A stretch of 64,000 nucleotides of DNA from Clostridia bacterium (GTDB lineage Bacteria > Bacillota > Clostridia > Christensenellales > Aristaeellaceae), in NCBI GenBank assembly GCA_017512805.1, contig JAFWES010000049.1, positions 795-64,794 on the forward strand, in the 5' to 3' direction. The translations under genes and the position numbers were made by a program. Each line of letters starts with the position of its first letter. Position 1 is the stretch's first letter. A model generated the notes under the pieces. That model was not told where the DNA came from, did not search any database, and was given only the letters and a program-made list of their open reading frames with translations. Of this stretch, positions 28,311 to 37,539 are shown piece by piece.

Positions 28311-29579
28311 TTATTTCGCCTGATCCAGCGTCTTCAACAGAATCGCCAGATCTCCCCGAGTCGCTTCCGTCGCTTCCGTTTCAGGGAAGAGGATTTCAGG
28401 CATTTCCTGATCTCCGCAGAAGGCCTTGCACAGGGCCAGGATGCGTTCCCTGGTCAGTACGGTTGAGCTGTCCTCCACGGGCGCTTCTTCAGCCACAGCT
28501 TCAGCTGCCTCTGCAGGCGCTTCGACGGTTGCTTCTTCTGCGACAGCTTCTTCAGCGGTAGGCGCTTCGGCGGCGGGCGCTTCAGCGGCCGCTTCTTCCG
28601 CTGTGGTTGCTTCGGCGGCAGTTTCTGCCACGGCGGCTGCTTCTTCGGCGGCAGCTTCCTCCGCGGGCGCTTCAGCAGCAGGCGTTTCAGCGGTGGGCGC
28701 TTCGGCAGCTGCTTCTTCGGCGACAGTTTCATCTGCTGCGGCAGGCGCTTCCTCAGCGGGCGTTTCAGCAGCAGGCGCTTCAGCTGTGGGCGCTTCGGCG
28801 GCTGCTTCTTCGGCGACAGCTTCCTCAGCGGGCGCTTCAGCTGTGGGCGCTTCGGCGGCTGCTTCTTCGGCGACAGTTTCTTCCGCGGCAGGCGCTTCCA
28901 CGACCGTTTCTTCCACGGCTGCTTCTTCCGCAGCGGGCGTTTCCTCCGCCGTTCCGTCAACCGCGTTTTCCTCCGCCGGCGTCATGGCGGCCAGATACGC
29001 TTTTTCGGTTTCCAGCAAATTCGCGGCCGCTTCTTCCCGGGTACCGCTCAGGCCCTGCATCCGGAAAAGCCCTTCCGCCATTTCACCCAGGGTCGCCGCC
29101 TCGGCCGCGCCGAAGTTCTCGTCATCCTGGGCGTCCATCAGCTGGTGCTCAACCACGTAGTCCACCGCTTCAAAGTAGGGGGAATCCACGGCTACATCGG
29201 CATAAATCTTCATATAGGGGGACAGCACACTCTCAATGCTGCCCTGAGCCCCATCGGTCATGATGTACAGAATCCCCTGCATCTTCTGCTGGGAAGCGCT
29301 CAGGTTCCGGGTCAGTCCCTCCAGGTTCTCGGTCAGCTGTCCGTTTTCCGCTGTCAGGACATCCTTCTCCGCCGTAAGGGCCTCCACCTGTTGATTCAGA
29401 TCCTGAATCGTTTTGGCGTCCTGTTCGCCCTTTTCCTTCAGGGTATTATTCTCCGCCTGAACATCGCTCAGATCCTTGTTCAGGGTATCAATCTGCCCCT
29501 GCTTATTGTTGACCACCGTTACAAAGGCAACCGCGCCCGCCAGGACGATACAGCACAGGGCAATCAGCCATTTTTTCAT
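28311..29579 (-). CDS. Membrane-anchored coiled-coil protein with SLH-like motifs and a long Ala/Glu-rich repeat region
   Basis: N-terminal TM; YADV..DSPYFEAVDYV..(SLH-like); EEAAAEAPTAE repeats; C-terminal TRE/ATRGD. Confidence 0.75.
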   Translation of the reverse strand: MKKWLIALCCIVLAGAVAFVTVVNNKQGQIDTLNKDLSDVQAENNTLKEKGEQDAKTIQDLNQQVEALTAEKDVLTAENGQLTENLEGLTRNLSASQQKMQGILYIMTDGAQGSIESVLSPYMKIYADVAVDSPYFEAVDYVVEHQLMDAQDDENFGAAEAATLGEMAEGLFRMQGLSGTREEAAANLLETEKAYLAAMTPAEENAVDGTAEETPAAEEAAVEETVVEAPAAEETVAEEAAAEAPTAEAPAEEAVAEEAAAEAPTAEAPAAETPAEEAPAAADETVAEEAAAEAPTAETPAAEAPAEEAAAEEAAAVAETAAEATTAEEAAAEAPAAEAPTAEEAVAEEATVEAPAEAAEAVAEEAPVEDSSTVLTRERILALCKAFCGDQEMPEILFPETEATEATRGDLAILLKTLDQAK

Positions 29580-30604
29580 GCTTCGTTTTCCTCCGGATCA
29601 TGCGCAAAGTCATCCGCAAAATCATCCACAAACCCCGCGGCTTCCTCGGCCGCTTCATCCGCGATTTCCTTCACGGTTTCCTCGACCTCTTCAACGGTCT
29701 CAGCGGCGGCTTTCTCGGCCGTCCCGGCAGCCTCTTCGGCGATTTCTTCCACCGCCTCAGCCGCGTCTTCCGCAGACTCACAGGCTTCTTCCAGCCCTTC
29801 ATCCACTGCTTCCGCGGCTTCCCCGATGATTTCTTCCGCGGCTTCGGCGGTTTCTTCCGCGGCTTCGGCGGTTTCTTCCGCGGCTTCGGCGGTTTCTTCC
29901 GCGGCTTCGGCGGTTTCCTCCGCGGCTTCCTCCCCCGCTTCGCAGGCTTCTTCGTCGGCCTCCGCCGCTTCGTCCGCCTCCGCCGCCGCTTCGTCCGCCG
30001 GCTCCTCCGCCTTGATTTCCTTCTGTCCGATCAGCAGAATGTCGCCGGCCTCTTCCTTCAGCGCATCGCTGTCATTATGCAGATGCTCCAGAATCTTTGC
30101 GCCGAACCGCTCCTTGATGTCCCCGCCGTCCCCGGAGAACAGGCTTGCGCCGGTTTCCTGCGCCGCCTTGGACATGGCGTCCATCAGCGCGCGGATCTGG
30201 TTCATATAATAGGTGTAGCTGCCGGCAAAGGTCTGAACCGTTTCGGCGACCAGGTGTTCATTGTCTTCCCGATTGGTCTTGATTTCATTTTCCAGATCAT
30301 GGCGCTTGGTCGCCGCTTCCCGGGCAAACCCTTCCTCCAGGCTTTCCCGGTTGGCGTCGATCTCCTTGTTCTTCTGTATATACAGATCCTTCAGCCCTTC
30401 GTACTCCACGATGGTATCCTGGGCCTTTTTCTTCAGGGCTTCACTCTCGCTCTCCGCCAGCTGTTTTTCCAGACTTTCGATCTTTTCCTGAGCGGATTTC
30501 AGCCGTTGAAGCATATCCGTCTTTTCTTTTACCGCGCTCTCCAGCTTATCCTTCATGGACACGAGCTGGCTTTCCAGTGCCTTCAGTTTCCCGCTGCCAA
30601 ACAT
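29576..30604 (-). CDS. Hypothetical coiled-coil protein with acidic Ala/Glu C-terminal tail
   Basis: AGGAGG RBS; heptad-like N-half; stop overlaps the next start (ATGA). Confidence 0.8.
   Translation of the reverse strand: MFGSGKLKALESQLVSMKDKLESAVKEKTDMLQRLKSAQEKIESLEKQLAESESEALKKKAQDTIVEYEGLKDLYIQKNKEIDANRESLEEGFAREAATKRHDLENEIKTNREDNEHLVAETVQTFAGSYTYYMNQIRALMDAMSKAAQETGASLFSGDGGDIKERFGAKILEHLHNDSDALKEEAGDILLIGQKEIKAEEPADEAAAEADEAAEADEEACEAGEEAAEETAEAAEETAEAAEETAEAAEETAEAAEEIIGEAAEAVDEGLEEACESAEDAAEAVEEIAEEAAGTAEKAAAETVEEVEETVKEIADEAAEEAAGFVDDFADDFAHDPEENEA
29830..29929. repeat. 21-bp perfect coding tandem repeat x4 plus a partial copy (AAEETAE)
   Basis: tttcttccgcggcttcggcgg at 29830, 29851, 29872, 29893. 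Confidence 0.92.
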
Positions 30605-30865
30605 GTTCGACCCTCCTTTGTATCAGGTTCCGTCCTCCCGGTATTCGCCAACAGTCCGGTTCTTCCCTTATTACGTCTACTTTCGACATTTCATGTCTGT
30701 TTTCCTTCTGTCTTTTTCCAGACCGTCAAATTATCCTGAAAAGCCTACAGATCGCTGTCCATCTCAAATTCATCCGCGGGCAGCGCTTCTTCCTCGTCGC
30801 CGACCGGTTCCGGCGCGGGGATGAACTCACTCATCCAGGCTTCCTGGGGAAGGTCCGCCTGTTCG

Positions 30866-32164
30866 TCAGGCTTTGGCCGCCTCTTCCGCGAGATTGATCT
30901 GGCTCGCCTTCTTCTGCTTGGCGCCGCGCCACGCATACATGATCAGCGCCACGGCAATGACGCCGTAAGAGAGGAAAGCCCTGAAATATTCGCCGACAGC
31001 GGAATTCCCAAACATGGCCGAAGCCGCGCTCTGGGCTGTAATGAACAGGGAGTGGAACAGGAACGTCCCCACCAGAGCCTGCAGGTTGGTCGCCCGGTCA
31101 ATGGACGCGCCGCCCACCAGAATGGCGGCGCCGGCATACAGGCCCACCTGCTCATGCGCGGCATAGGTCTGGAAGGTTCCGATGCCCTCGCTCTGCATAA
31201 ACAGGATCTGGCCCCAGCCGGCCAGTACGGTTGAAATCATGATGGCGATGATCCGGGTGCGGTCCACGTCGATTCCGGAAGCGTTCGCCACGGTCTGGTT
31301 CTGCCCAACCGCGCGGAATTTCTGCCCCAGCCGTGTGCGCATGATCGTAGAGTTGAAAAGGCAGAGCCCCAGAATCAAAAGCCACGTCACCAGAGGCAGC
31401 TTCAGCTCTCTTCCGTGGGTTCCGTTTACGACGGCCGCAATGGAGGGAATCGAGAAAATCCCGGCGATGACCGCTGCGATGATCAGTCCCACCGCCAGCC
31501 GTTTGGCCGTGATGGCCTTCCGTACAAATTGGATCACCGACGCGGCTGCCAACACACCGCATCCCAGATATACCGCCAGCAGGAAGGGAATGTGGGCGAT
31601 GCTGTCAACCGCCGTATACAGCCCGACGGATCCGGTCAGGTTCAGCGTGTTCTGCACACCGGAAGCGCCCACGATCGTCACGTTGCTGTTCAGGGGAATC
31701 ACAGACCCGAAGATGAACAGAAACAGCAGCTGGTAAGCCCCGTTGGCAAAATAGCCAAGGATGAGGGATCCGATGGTTTCCTGCCCTTTCATCTTGTTCA
31801 GCAGCTTTCCGATCAGAAACCCGAAGAAGGAGCCCAGCGGAAGGGTGATCAGGCCCGCCAGCAGGATGCCGGGAAGGCCTGTAATCCCCCAGCTGATCAC
31901 CAGCAGCAGACCGATTTGCGCCGCCATGGCCCCGATCGTAATGGCGAAGTTGATACCCATGCCGGCGATGATCGGGATGATGAGCGCCAGAACGATGAAA
32001 GCGTTGCGGTTCAGTCTCAGCAGCAGCTGGCTGGCAACATAGTTGATGTCCAATCCAGAGGTAACGATAAACAGGATGCTCAGGGCGATAAACAGGTAGG
32101 TTACCACATATTTTTCCAGATGCGCCTTGATCTTGTTTTGCTCACCCACGGCGTCCACCTCCAC
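30866..32164 (-). CDS. ABC transporter permease (CUT2/BPD_transp_2-like), DUF3798 system
   Basis: Multi-TM; TRLGQKFRAVGQN...ANASGIDVDR; AAILVGGAS. Confidence 0.88.
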   Translation of the reverse strand: MEVDAVGEQNKIKAHLEKYVVTYLFIALSILFIVTSGLDINYVASQLLLRLNRNAFIVLALIIPIIAGMGINFAITIGAMAAQIGLLLVISWGITGLPGILLAGLITLPLGSFFGFLIGKLLNKMKGQETIGSLILGYFANGAYQLLFLFIFGSVIPLNSNVTIVGASGVQNTLNLTGSVGLYTAVDSIAHIPFLLAVYLGCGVLAAASVIQFVRKAITAKRLAVGLIIAAVIAGIFSIPSIAAVVNGTHGRELKLPLVTWLLILGLCLFNSTIMRTRLGQKFRAVGQNQTVANASGIDVDRTRIIAIMISTVLAGWGQILFMQSEGIGTFQTYAAHEQVGLYAGAAILVGGASIDRATNLQALVGTFLFHSLFITAQSAASAMFGNSAVGEYFRAFLSYGVIAVALIMYAWRGAKQKKASQINLAEEAAKA

Positions 32165-34400
32165 TCTGCGTCAGGGCATACAGAATAATTCCGTTGGAGA
32201 TCATGATGCGCATGACTTCGCTCAGTCCTCCCCCCGCGACCACGGAGTTTGCGATCTGCTGTCCGAATACCAGCACCCCTTCAAACAGGAACACGCCGAT
32301 CAGCACATGGCTGACCTTGGCCTTGCTCACCGTCGCGCCGCCGATCAGAATGGCGGAGGAAGCGATGAAACCCAGCTGCCTGGGCGCGGTGTAAAGCTGC
32401 GCGTATCCAAAGGCCTGGGAATAAATCACGATGCCCATGGCGGCAATGATCGTGGACAATACCGTCCCCACCGTCCGCATGCGGTTCACATTGATGCCGC
32501 TCGCCTCGGCGAACCGGGGATTGGAGCCCGCAGCCGTCATGGCAATTCCCAGCCGGGAGCGGGAGAAAAGCCAGATGGCCAGACAGCAGAGCCCCAGGAA
32601 AAGGAGGCCGCCCGTCGGCACTTTGATGCCAAAGATCCGGAATGCCAGGAAATTATCCAGCAGGTGCGCGAAGCTGCCAAGCAGGCTGTGCGTCACCCTA
32701 AGACCCTTTCCGCTGAGCAGCCATACGATCTTGGGGTTGTTAAAGGGAAGCATCATCCATCCGATGCACATCAGGGATACGAACGAGAACCCTACATAGG
32801 TAGAAATGGTCATCTCGTTCCCCTTCATCCGGTTCAGCAGCTTGGAATACGCCCATCCCAGCGGAAGGGAGACCACCGTACCGGCGGCACACGCGAAAAG
32901 CAGCGCCGGAAAACCGGTCATGTTGAACTGCAGGGCCAGCACGATGCCCAGCAATCCGGAGATGCATCCGATCGTCATGCCCATGTTCAGGCCGATTCCG
33001 CACTGGATGCCTGGCATCATGGCCAGCACCAGCACGCCGTACATCGTCATCCGCTCAAACACGTTCCCCAGCATCATCCGCACGCTGATGTTATACAGTT
33101 CCGCCATCAGGCACAGGAAGATAAAGAACAGCGCGATAATGGTCCGCGGCACGCCAAAGCGCTCCGTCAGCGGTTTCCAGAACAGGATCACCAGCCCCAG
33201 CAGCAGCACGGCGGTGCCGGCCAGCATCAGGGGCTTGGCCACGGCCGCCAGCTGCATTTTCCATGTCCCGCCCGTTGCCTGATTCGCGGTATACATGCTG
33301 TAGCGGGCGGAGAAGCTGTCGTCCTCCAGCCAGAGCACCTTTTCGATGTTCTCACGCAGGGAAGTCTGCAGCTTGTCGCTCAGCGTGCCCAGATCCGGAA
33401 TCACCGCCACCAGCTGGCTGTAAAGCTGTTCGTAGGAATCGCTTTCCTCGCTCTCTTCCTTCTGCAGCGCCTCGCTGGGGGTAAAGTAGCGGTAGTCCGC
33501 CTGGGTCTCCGCCACGGTGACCGATCCTTCTTCCGCTTCGGCCGGAGCAGAAACCGCCTCTCCCTTCTCCGTGGCCGCGATATATTCACCGGCGGTCTGA
33601 ATCAGGGTGTCCCGGAAACGCTCCTCATCCTTCAGCTCCGGAATTTCCTCGCACAGCTTGACCCACAGCGCATCCGCTTCCAGCCCCGCGAAAGCGGTCC
33701 AGTCGGGGATTTCCGACGCCAGCAGGCTTTTCAGCTGCGTCTCCAGCGCCGCGTCCTCCCGCTCCTGCTGTGCCTTCGCCTGATCCCTGGCCAGCTGGAC
33801 GAATCCGGCCTGCAGGTGCGCGTTCTCATCCTTCAGCAGATCCGGAGCCGTCTCTCCCATCGCGCGCAGCACCGCGTCGTCATCCACGTCCGTTCCGGCG
33901 ATCGTCCGCCAGTCGGATGTATTGTCCACCAGCTGCACGTAAATCTCCGCGAAAACGGATCTTTCCTTTTCCGACATGGAGCTGGATTCCGCCAGCGCCC
34001 GCTCATAGCTGCTGATCGCGCTGTTCAGGGCCGTCTGGTCCTGGACGACCGGGTTGGCGTAAAGGCGCTCCGCCTCCGCCCGGGCTTCATTCATGGCCCC
34101 GTCGCAGATCGCGTTTACCTCATCCAGCCCGCGCTTGCGGAAATTCTTATCCTTGCGCAGCTCGGCCAGCTTTTCCGCCCGAGCCTGCTGGGCAATGCTG
34201 TTGATCAGCCCTTCGGAGGCCGCGTGCAAAACAGCCTGCGTTTTCATCTCCTCCAGGCTGTTTTTGCTGTCCTGCGTCATTTGCAGGGCATATCCGCCAA
34301 CGGAGGAAATGATCAGTATTCCCGCGAGGATGAAAAGGACAATGGAAACAATCCGTGCCCGGGGGCTCCGGGTTTCCTTGTTTTGTTCGCTCATGCGCAA
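32142..34400 (-). CDS. ABC transporter permease with a large N-terminal soluble domain
   Basis: C-terminal permease core (GIQCGIGLNMG, AGSNPRFAEASGIN, SAILIGGAT) after about 380 hydrophilic residues. Confidence 0.85.
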   Translation of the reverse strand: MRMSEQNKETRSPRARIVSIVLFILAGILIISSVGGYALQMTQDSKNSLEEMKTQAVLHAASEGLINSIAQQARAEKLAELRKDKNFRKRGLDEVNAICDGAMNEARAEAERLYANPVVQDQTALNSAISSYERALAESSSMSEKERSVFAEIYVQLVDNTSDWRTIAGTDVDDDAVLRAMGETAPDLLKDENAHLQAGFVQLARDQAKAQQEREDAALETQLKSLLASEIPDWTAFAGLEADALWVKLCEEIPELKDEERFRDTLIQTAGEYIAATEKGEAVSAPAEAEEGSVTVAETQADYRYFTPSEALQKEESEESDSYEQLYSQLVAVIPDLGTLSDKLQTSLRENIEKVLWLEDDSFSARYSMYTANQATGGTWKMQLAAVAKPLMLAGTAVLLLGLVILFWKPLTERFGVPRTIIALFFIFLCLMAELYNISVRMMLGNVFERMTMYGVLVLAMMPGIQCGIGLNMGMTIGCISGLLGIVLALQFNMTGFPALLFACAAGTVVSLPLGWAYSKLLNRMKGNEMTISTYVGFSFVSLMCIGWMMLPFNNPKIVWLLSGKGLRVTHSLLGSFAHLLDNFLAFRIFGIKVPTGGLLFLGLCCLAIWLFSRSRLGIAMTAAGSNPRFAEASGINVNRMRTVGTVLSTIIAAMGIVIYSQAFGYAQLYTAPRQLGFIASSAILIGGATVSKAKVSHVLIGVFLFEGVLVFGQQIANSVVAGGGLSEVMRIMISNGIILYALTQSGGGRRG

Positions 34401-35983
34401 CCTCCCTCCTCACTCCTGACGCCCGACATGGCCAGACCGAACGCGGTATCGGACGCATCCGTTTTCAGAATATCCACCACTTTGCCCTCTGCCACGATGG
34501 CAATCCGATCGCAGATGGAACGCAACTCCTGCAGCTCCGAGGAAACCATCACGATGGTCATCCCCTTTTCCCGGTTCAGCCGTACCAGGGTTTCCAGCAC
34601 CAGATGCTTCGCGCCGATATCAATTCCCCGGGTCGGCTCGGATACAAACAGGAATTTGGGATTCATGGCCAAGGCTCGGGCAACGCACACCTTCTGCTGA
34701 TTTCCGCCTGAAAGGGTGCCCGTGGGCTGCGCCGGAGACGTGCACCGGATATCCAGCTCCCGGATCATTTCCTCCGCGTATTTCCGGATCTTCCGCGTAT
34801 CCTTCTGGTGCAGGAAGCCCTTCATGAAGTCTCCGTTTACCTGCATCGCAGTAAATACGATATTGTTTTCAATCGACTGATCCAGCAGCAGTCCGATGCC
34901 CCGCCGGTCCTCGCTGACCATCGCCAGCCCCGCCTTCAGCACGGTACCGGCATCCCCCAGCGGCAGTTTCTTTCCCTCGAATTCGACTTCGCCGATGGCC
35001 TCATACAGGCCCATCACGCCATTGGGAATGCCGATCTTTCCCTGGCCCGCCAGGCCGCCGATGCCCAGGATTTCGCCTTCCCGAACATCCAGATCAATCC
35101 CCTTGTCCACCTCGCCGGGCATGTTGACCCACAGCTTGCGGATCCGCATCACCGGGCGGTCCTCCACCTCGGTGTCCCGCTTCTGAATCTGGATCACGCT
35201 TTCGCTGCTCCGTCCGATCATCTGGGCCGCCAGCTGGGCGGGCGATGTTTCCTTCTTCGGGAAGGTGGAAACCAGCTGCCCGTCCCGCAGAATGGTCACG
35301 CTGTCCGCAGCGTTCATCACCTCGTCCAGTCTGTGGGTGATGAAGATGATGGCGATTCCCTTGGCCGCGATGGATTTCATAACCTCCAGCAGCTGCTGGG
35401 CCTCGCTTTCTGTCAGCACGGCCGTGGGTTCATCAAAAACCAGCAGCTTCATCCCGGTTTTGTCAATTTCCCGGGCGATTTCGATAAACTGCATGTGCCC
35501 GACGGGCAGGCCGCTCACCAGCGTGTATTCCTCGATGTTCATGCCTACGTCGTCCAGTGCATTGCGGGCATCCCGGGCCATGGCTTCTCTGTCCAGGAAT
35601 TCCAGATCCCGGCCCAGAATTTTGCTGATGGGCCAGGGGCGGGCGATTTCCCGGTTCAGCTTGATGTTGTCCGTCACGCTGAATCCGGGAATCAGCATAA
35701 ATTCCTGGTGAACCATGCCGATGCCCTTGTCCATGGCGTCGATGGGTGAGGAGATGCTGACCGGGCTGCCGTTGAAAAGGACCTCGCCCTCAAATCCCCC
35801 CGTCGTATGGATCACCGGCATCCCGAAGAGTACGTTCATCAGCGTGCTTTTCCCGGCGCCGTTTTCCCCCAGCAGGGCATGAATTTCTCCGGGGCGGATT
35901 TTCAGGGAAACATCCTTGAGCACCGCGTTGGAACCATACATCTTCGTAATGTGATTCATCTCAAGGATATACTCGTCTGCCAA
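34391..35983 (-). CDS. Sugar-type (CUT2) ABC ATP-binding protein with duplicated NBD
   Basis: GENGAGKST, FDEPT, LSGGNQQK, EPTRGID; TTG start after AAGGAG. Confidence 0.93.
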   Translation of the reverse strand: MADEYILEMNHITKMYGSNAVLKDVSLKIRPGEIHALLGENGAGKSTLMNVLFGMPVIHTTGGFEGEVLFNGSPVSISSPIDAMDKGIGMVHQEFMLIPGFSVTDNIKLNREIARPWPISKILGRDLEFLDREAMARDARNALDDVGMNIEEYTLVSGLPVGHMQFIEIAREIDKTGMKLLVFDEPTAVLTESEAQQLLEVMKSIAAKGIAIIFITHRLDEVMNAADSVTILRDGQLVSTFPKKETSPAQLAAQMIGRSSESVIQIQKRDTEVEDRPVMRIRKLWVNMPGEVDKGIDLDVREGEILGIGGLAGQGKIGIPNGVMGLYEAIGEVEFEGKKLPLGDAGTVLKAGLAMVSEDRRGIGLLLDQSIENNIVFTAMQVNGDFMKGFLHQKDTRKIRKYAEEMIRELDIRCTSPAQPTGTLSGGNQQKVCVARALAMNPKFLFVSEPTRGIDIGAKHLVLETLVRLNREKGMTIVMVSSELQELRSICDRIAIVAEGKVVDILKTDASDTAFGLAMSGVRSEEGGCA

Positions 35984-36017
35984 CTGTTCCAACTCCTTTA
36001 TTGGTTTTCTTTCCGCA

Positions 36018-36125
36018 AGCGGGCTTTCCGCCGGATCCCCCCCCCGCGGGAGCTCCGGCGGAAAACCCGCTCTTTTTTTCACTGAATACATAAGGAAGGG
36101 GGCTGCCCGGGCCCGGGCAGCCCCC
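36018..36125. repeat. Two strong intergenic stem-loops after the SBP gene, including a 28-bp perfect palindrome
   Basis: GGGGGCTGCCCGGGCCCGGGCAGCCCCC (36098-36125) and agcggg.tttccgccgga...tccggcggaaa.cccgct (36018-36071). Confidence 0.75.
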
Positions 36126-36136
36126 GATTTGTCGCC

Positions 36137-37276
36137 TTACTTCAGGTAATCCGCGAAATTGATGGGCTCGAGAGCGATCAGCAGGTAGTTCGGATATTCC
36201 GTACCGGCCGCGTCCACATAGGTGCCCAGTTCGATTTTGCCGCCCGCGGCGTTGGCAAAGCACTTGCTCAGCACATCGAGATCCACCTTGCCGTTGGTCT
36301 TGCCTTCCGCGTAGGCGCAGGCATACTCGAATCCGGCGTTGATCATGGACATGTTCACTGGCAGGCTCCAGGTGGAGAAGCGGTTCACAGCGTCATGTTC
36401 GTTCAGATAGGTCGCCAGGTTCTTGATGGCGCCTTCCACATCGCCATAGGTGGCGGTGAGGCCGAAGGCTTCCTGGAATCCGTGATAGGGGCTGGGGCAG
36501 CAGGGCAGCGCATAGTAGGCGTTGGGCTCGTTCACAATCGCCTGCTGCAGCGCAACCTGCAGACCGCAGTTCGTGCAATAGAAGCAAACCTTCTTGCCGG
36601 CATATTCAGCCATGACCTTCGGAATATCTTCCAGCACCGCAGCCTGAGCACCGCTCATCCCAGCGTCGCCGGTGGGATCGGGGCAGTCGCGTTCCACGAA
36701 TTCGATGCCCAGGCTCTCGGCCGTGGCCTTCATGGCGTCGCGCTTCGCAACGATGGTTTCATAGCTCAGGTGACGGGCGAAGGAATAATGCACCAGCACG
36801 TCGCAGTCCCAGCCCTTGGCCAGGTCAGCCACCTGGTATCCGCAGCCGATTTCGTCATTGGCCAGCACGATGTCGGTCACCGCGGAGATGTCAGCGGGAT
36901 CCTCGGCAGGCACGCCGGCGATGAACAGGATGTCGTCCCGTCCCATTTCCTGGGCGATCTGCGTGAAGGCAGCCGTGGCGCCCTGAACAGCCTGGACGAA
37001 GATGATGGCTTTCACATCCGGATCGCTGGCAAAAGCAATCAGCTTGGAGATGGTGGTTTCCACTTCAGAGGAGAAGGCATCCGGATAGGTGTCGTGAATC
37101 ACGACGCCGGGATTCTGCTCCGCCAGGGAAGAGGCAGCATAGAATTCTTCTTCACCCTGGGAGGTGGTGCCGGTCATGATGGCGATTTTGTACGCGGGCT
37201 TCTCGTCGGCGACGGCGATGTTCGCCAGGCCGATCACCAGCGTCAGAGCCAGCAACAGGGAAATAAGCTTCTTCAT
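36137..37276 (-). CDS. DUF3798 family ABC substrate-binding protein
   Basis: Signal peptide; TGTTSQGEEE, DTYPD.F, DPDVKAI, HYSF.RH.SY, PDPTGD.G, TNC, PCCPSP. Confidence 0.88.
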   Translation of the reverse strand: MKKLISLLLALTLVIGLANIAVADEKPAYKIAIMTGTTSQGEEEFYAASSLAEQNPGVVIHDTYPDAFSSEVETTISKLIAFASDPDVKAIIFVQAVQGATAAFTQIAQEMGRDDILFIAGVPAEDPADISAVTDIVLANDEIGCGYQVADLAKGWDCDVLVHYSFARHLSYETIVAKRDAMKATAESLGIEFVERDCPDPTGDAGMSGAQAAVLEDIPKVMAEYAGKKVCFYCTNCGLQVALQQAIVNEPNAYYALPCCPSPYHGFQEAFGLTATYGDVEGAIKNLATYLNEHDAVNRFSTWSLPVNMSMINAGFEYACAYAEGKTNGKVDLDVLSKCFANAAGGKIELGTYVDAAGTEYPNYLLIALEPINFADYLK

Positions 37277-37326
37277 TTGGACTCCTCCTTTTTGTTTTTT
37301 TCCCGTATGGGAATACTATACTGTGC

Positions 37327-37356
37327 ATTATAAGGAAGAAAAGCCTTATATGTCAA
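37327..37356 (-). promoter_or_regulatory. Consensus sigma-A promoter of the DUF3798 ABC operon with an internal inverted repeat
   Basis: TTGACA-18-TATAAT; TATAAGG-8-CCTTATA at 37329-37350. Confidence 0.75.
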
Positions 37357-37539
37357 CAGAAAAACAGATTAAATGCAATTTTTCTTCCCTTTTCGGCCTC
37401 GCTTCCGTCCCGGGGGAGAGCCGTGCTGCCCGGTGCTTCCATCCCGGGGAAAGGCTTCTCGGCCTGGGGCTGCCGCCCGTTCTCCACCGGAAGAGCGTCC
37501 CGGGTTTTTCTTCGGGCGCGCCGGGCCTCCTCCGCGTGC

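Noticed and set aside
29830-29929. Tandem repeats here, at 52217-52322 and in rsmB as possible CRISPR arrays
   Set aside because: Head-to-tail in-frame coding repeats without unique spacers; no cas genes
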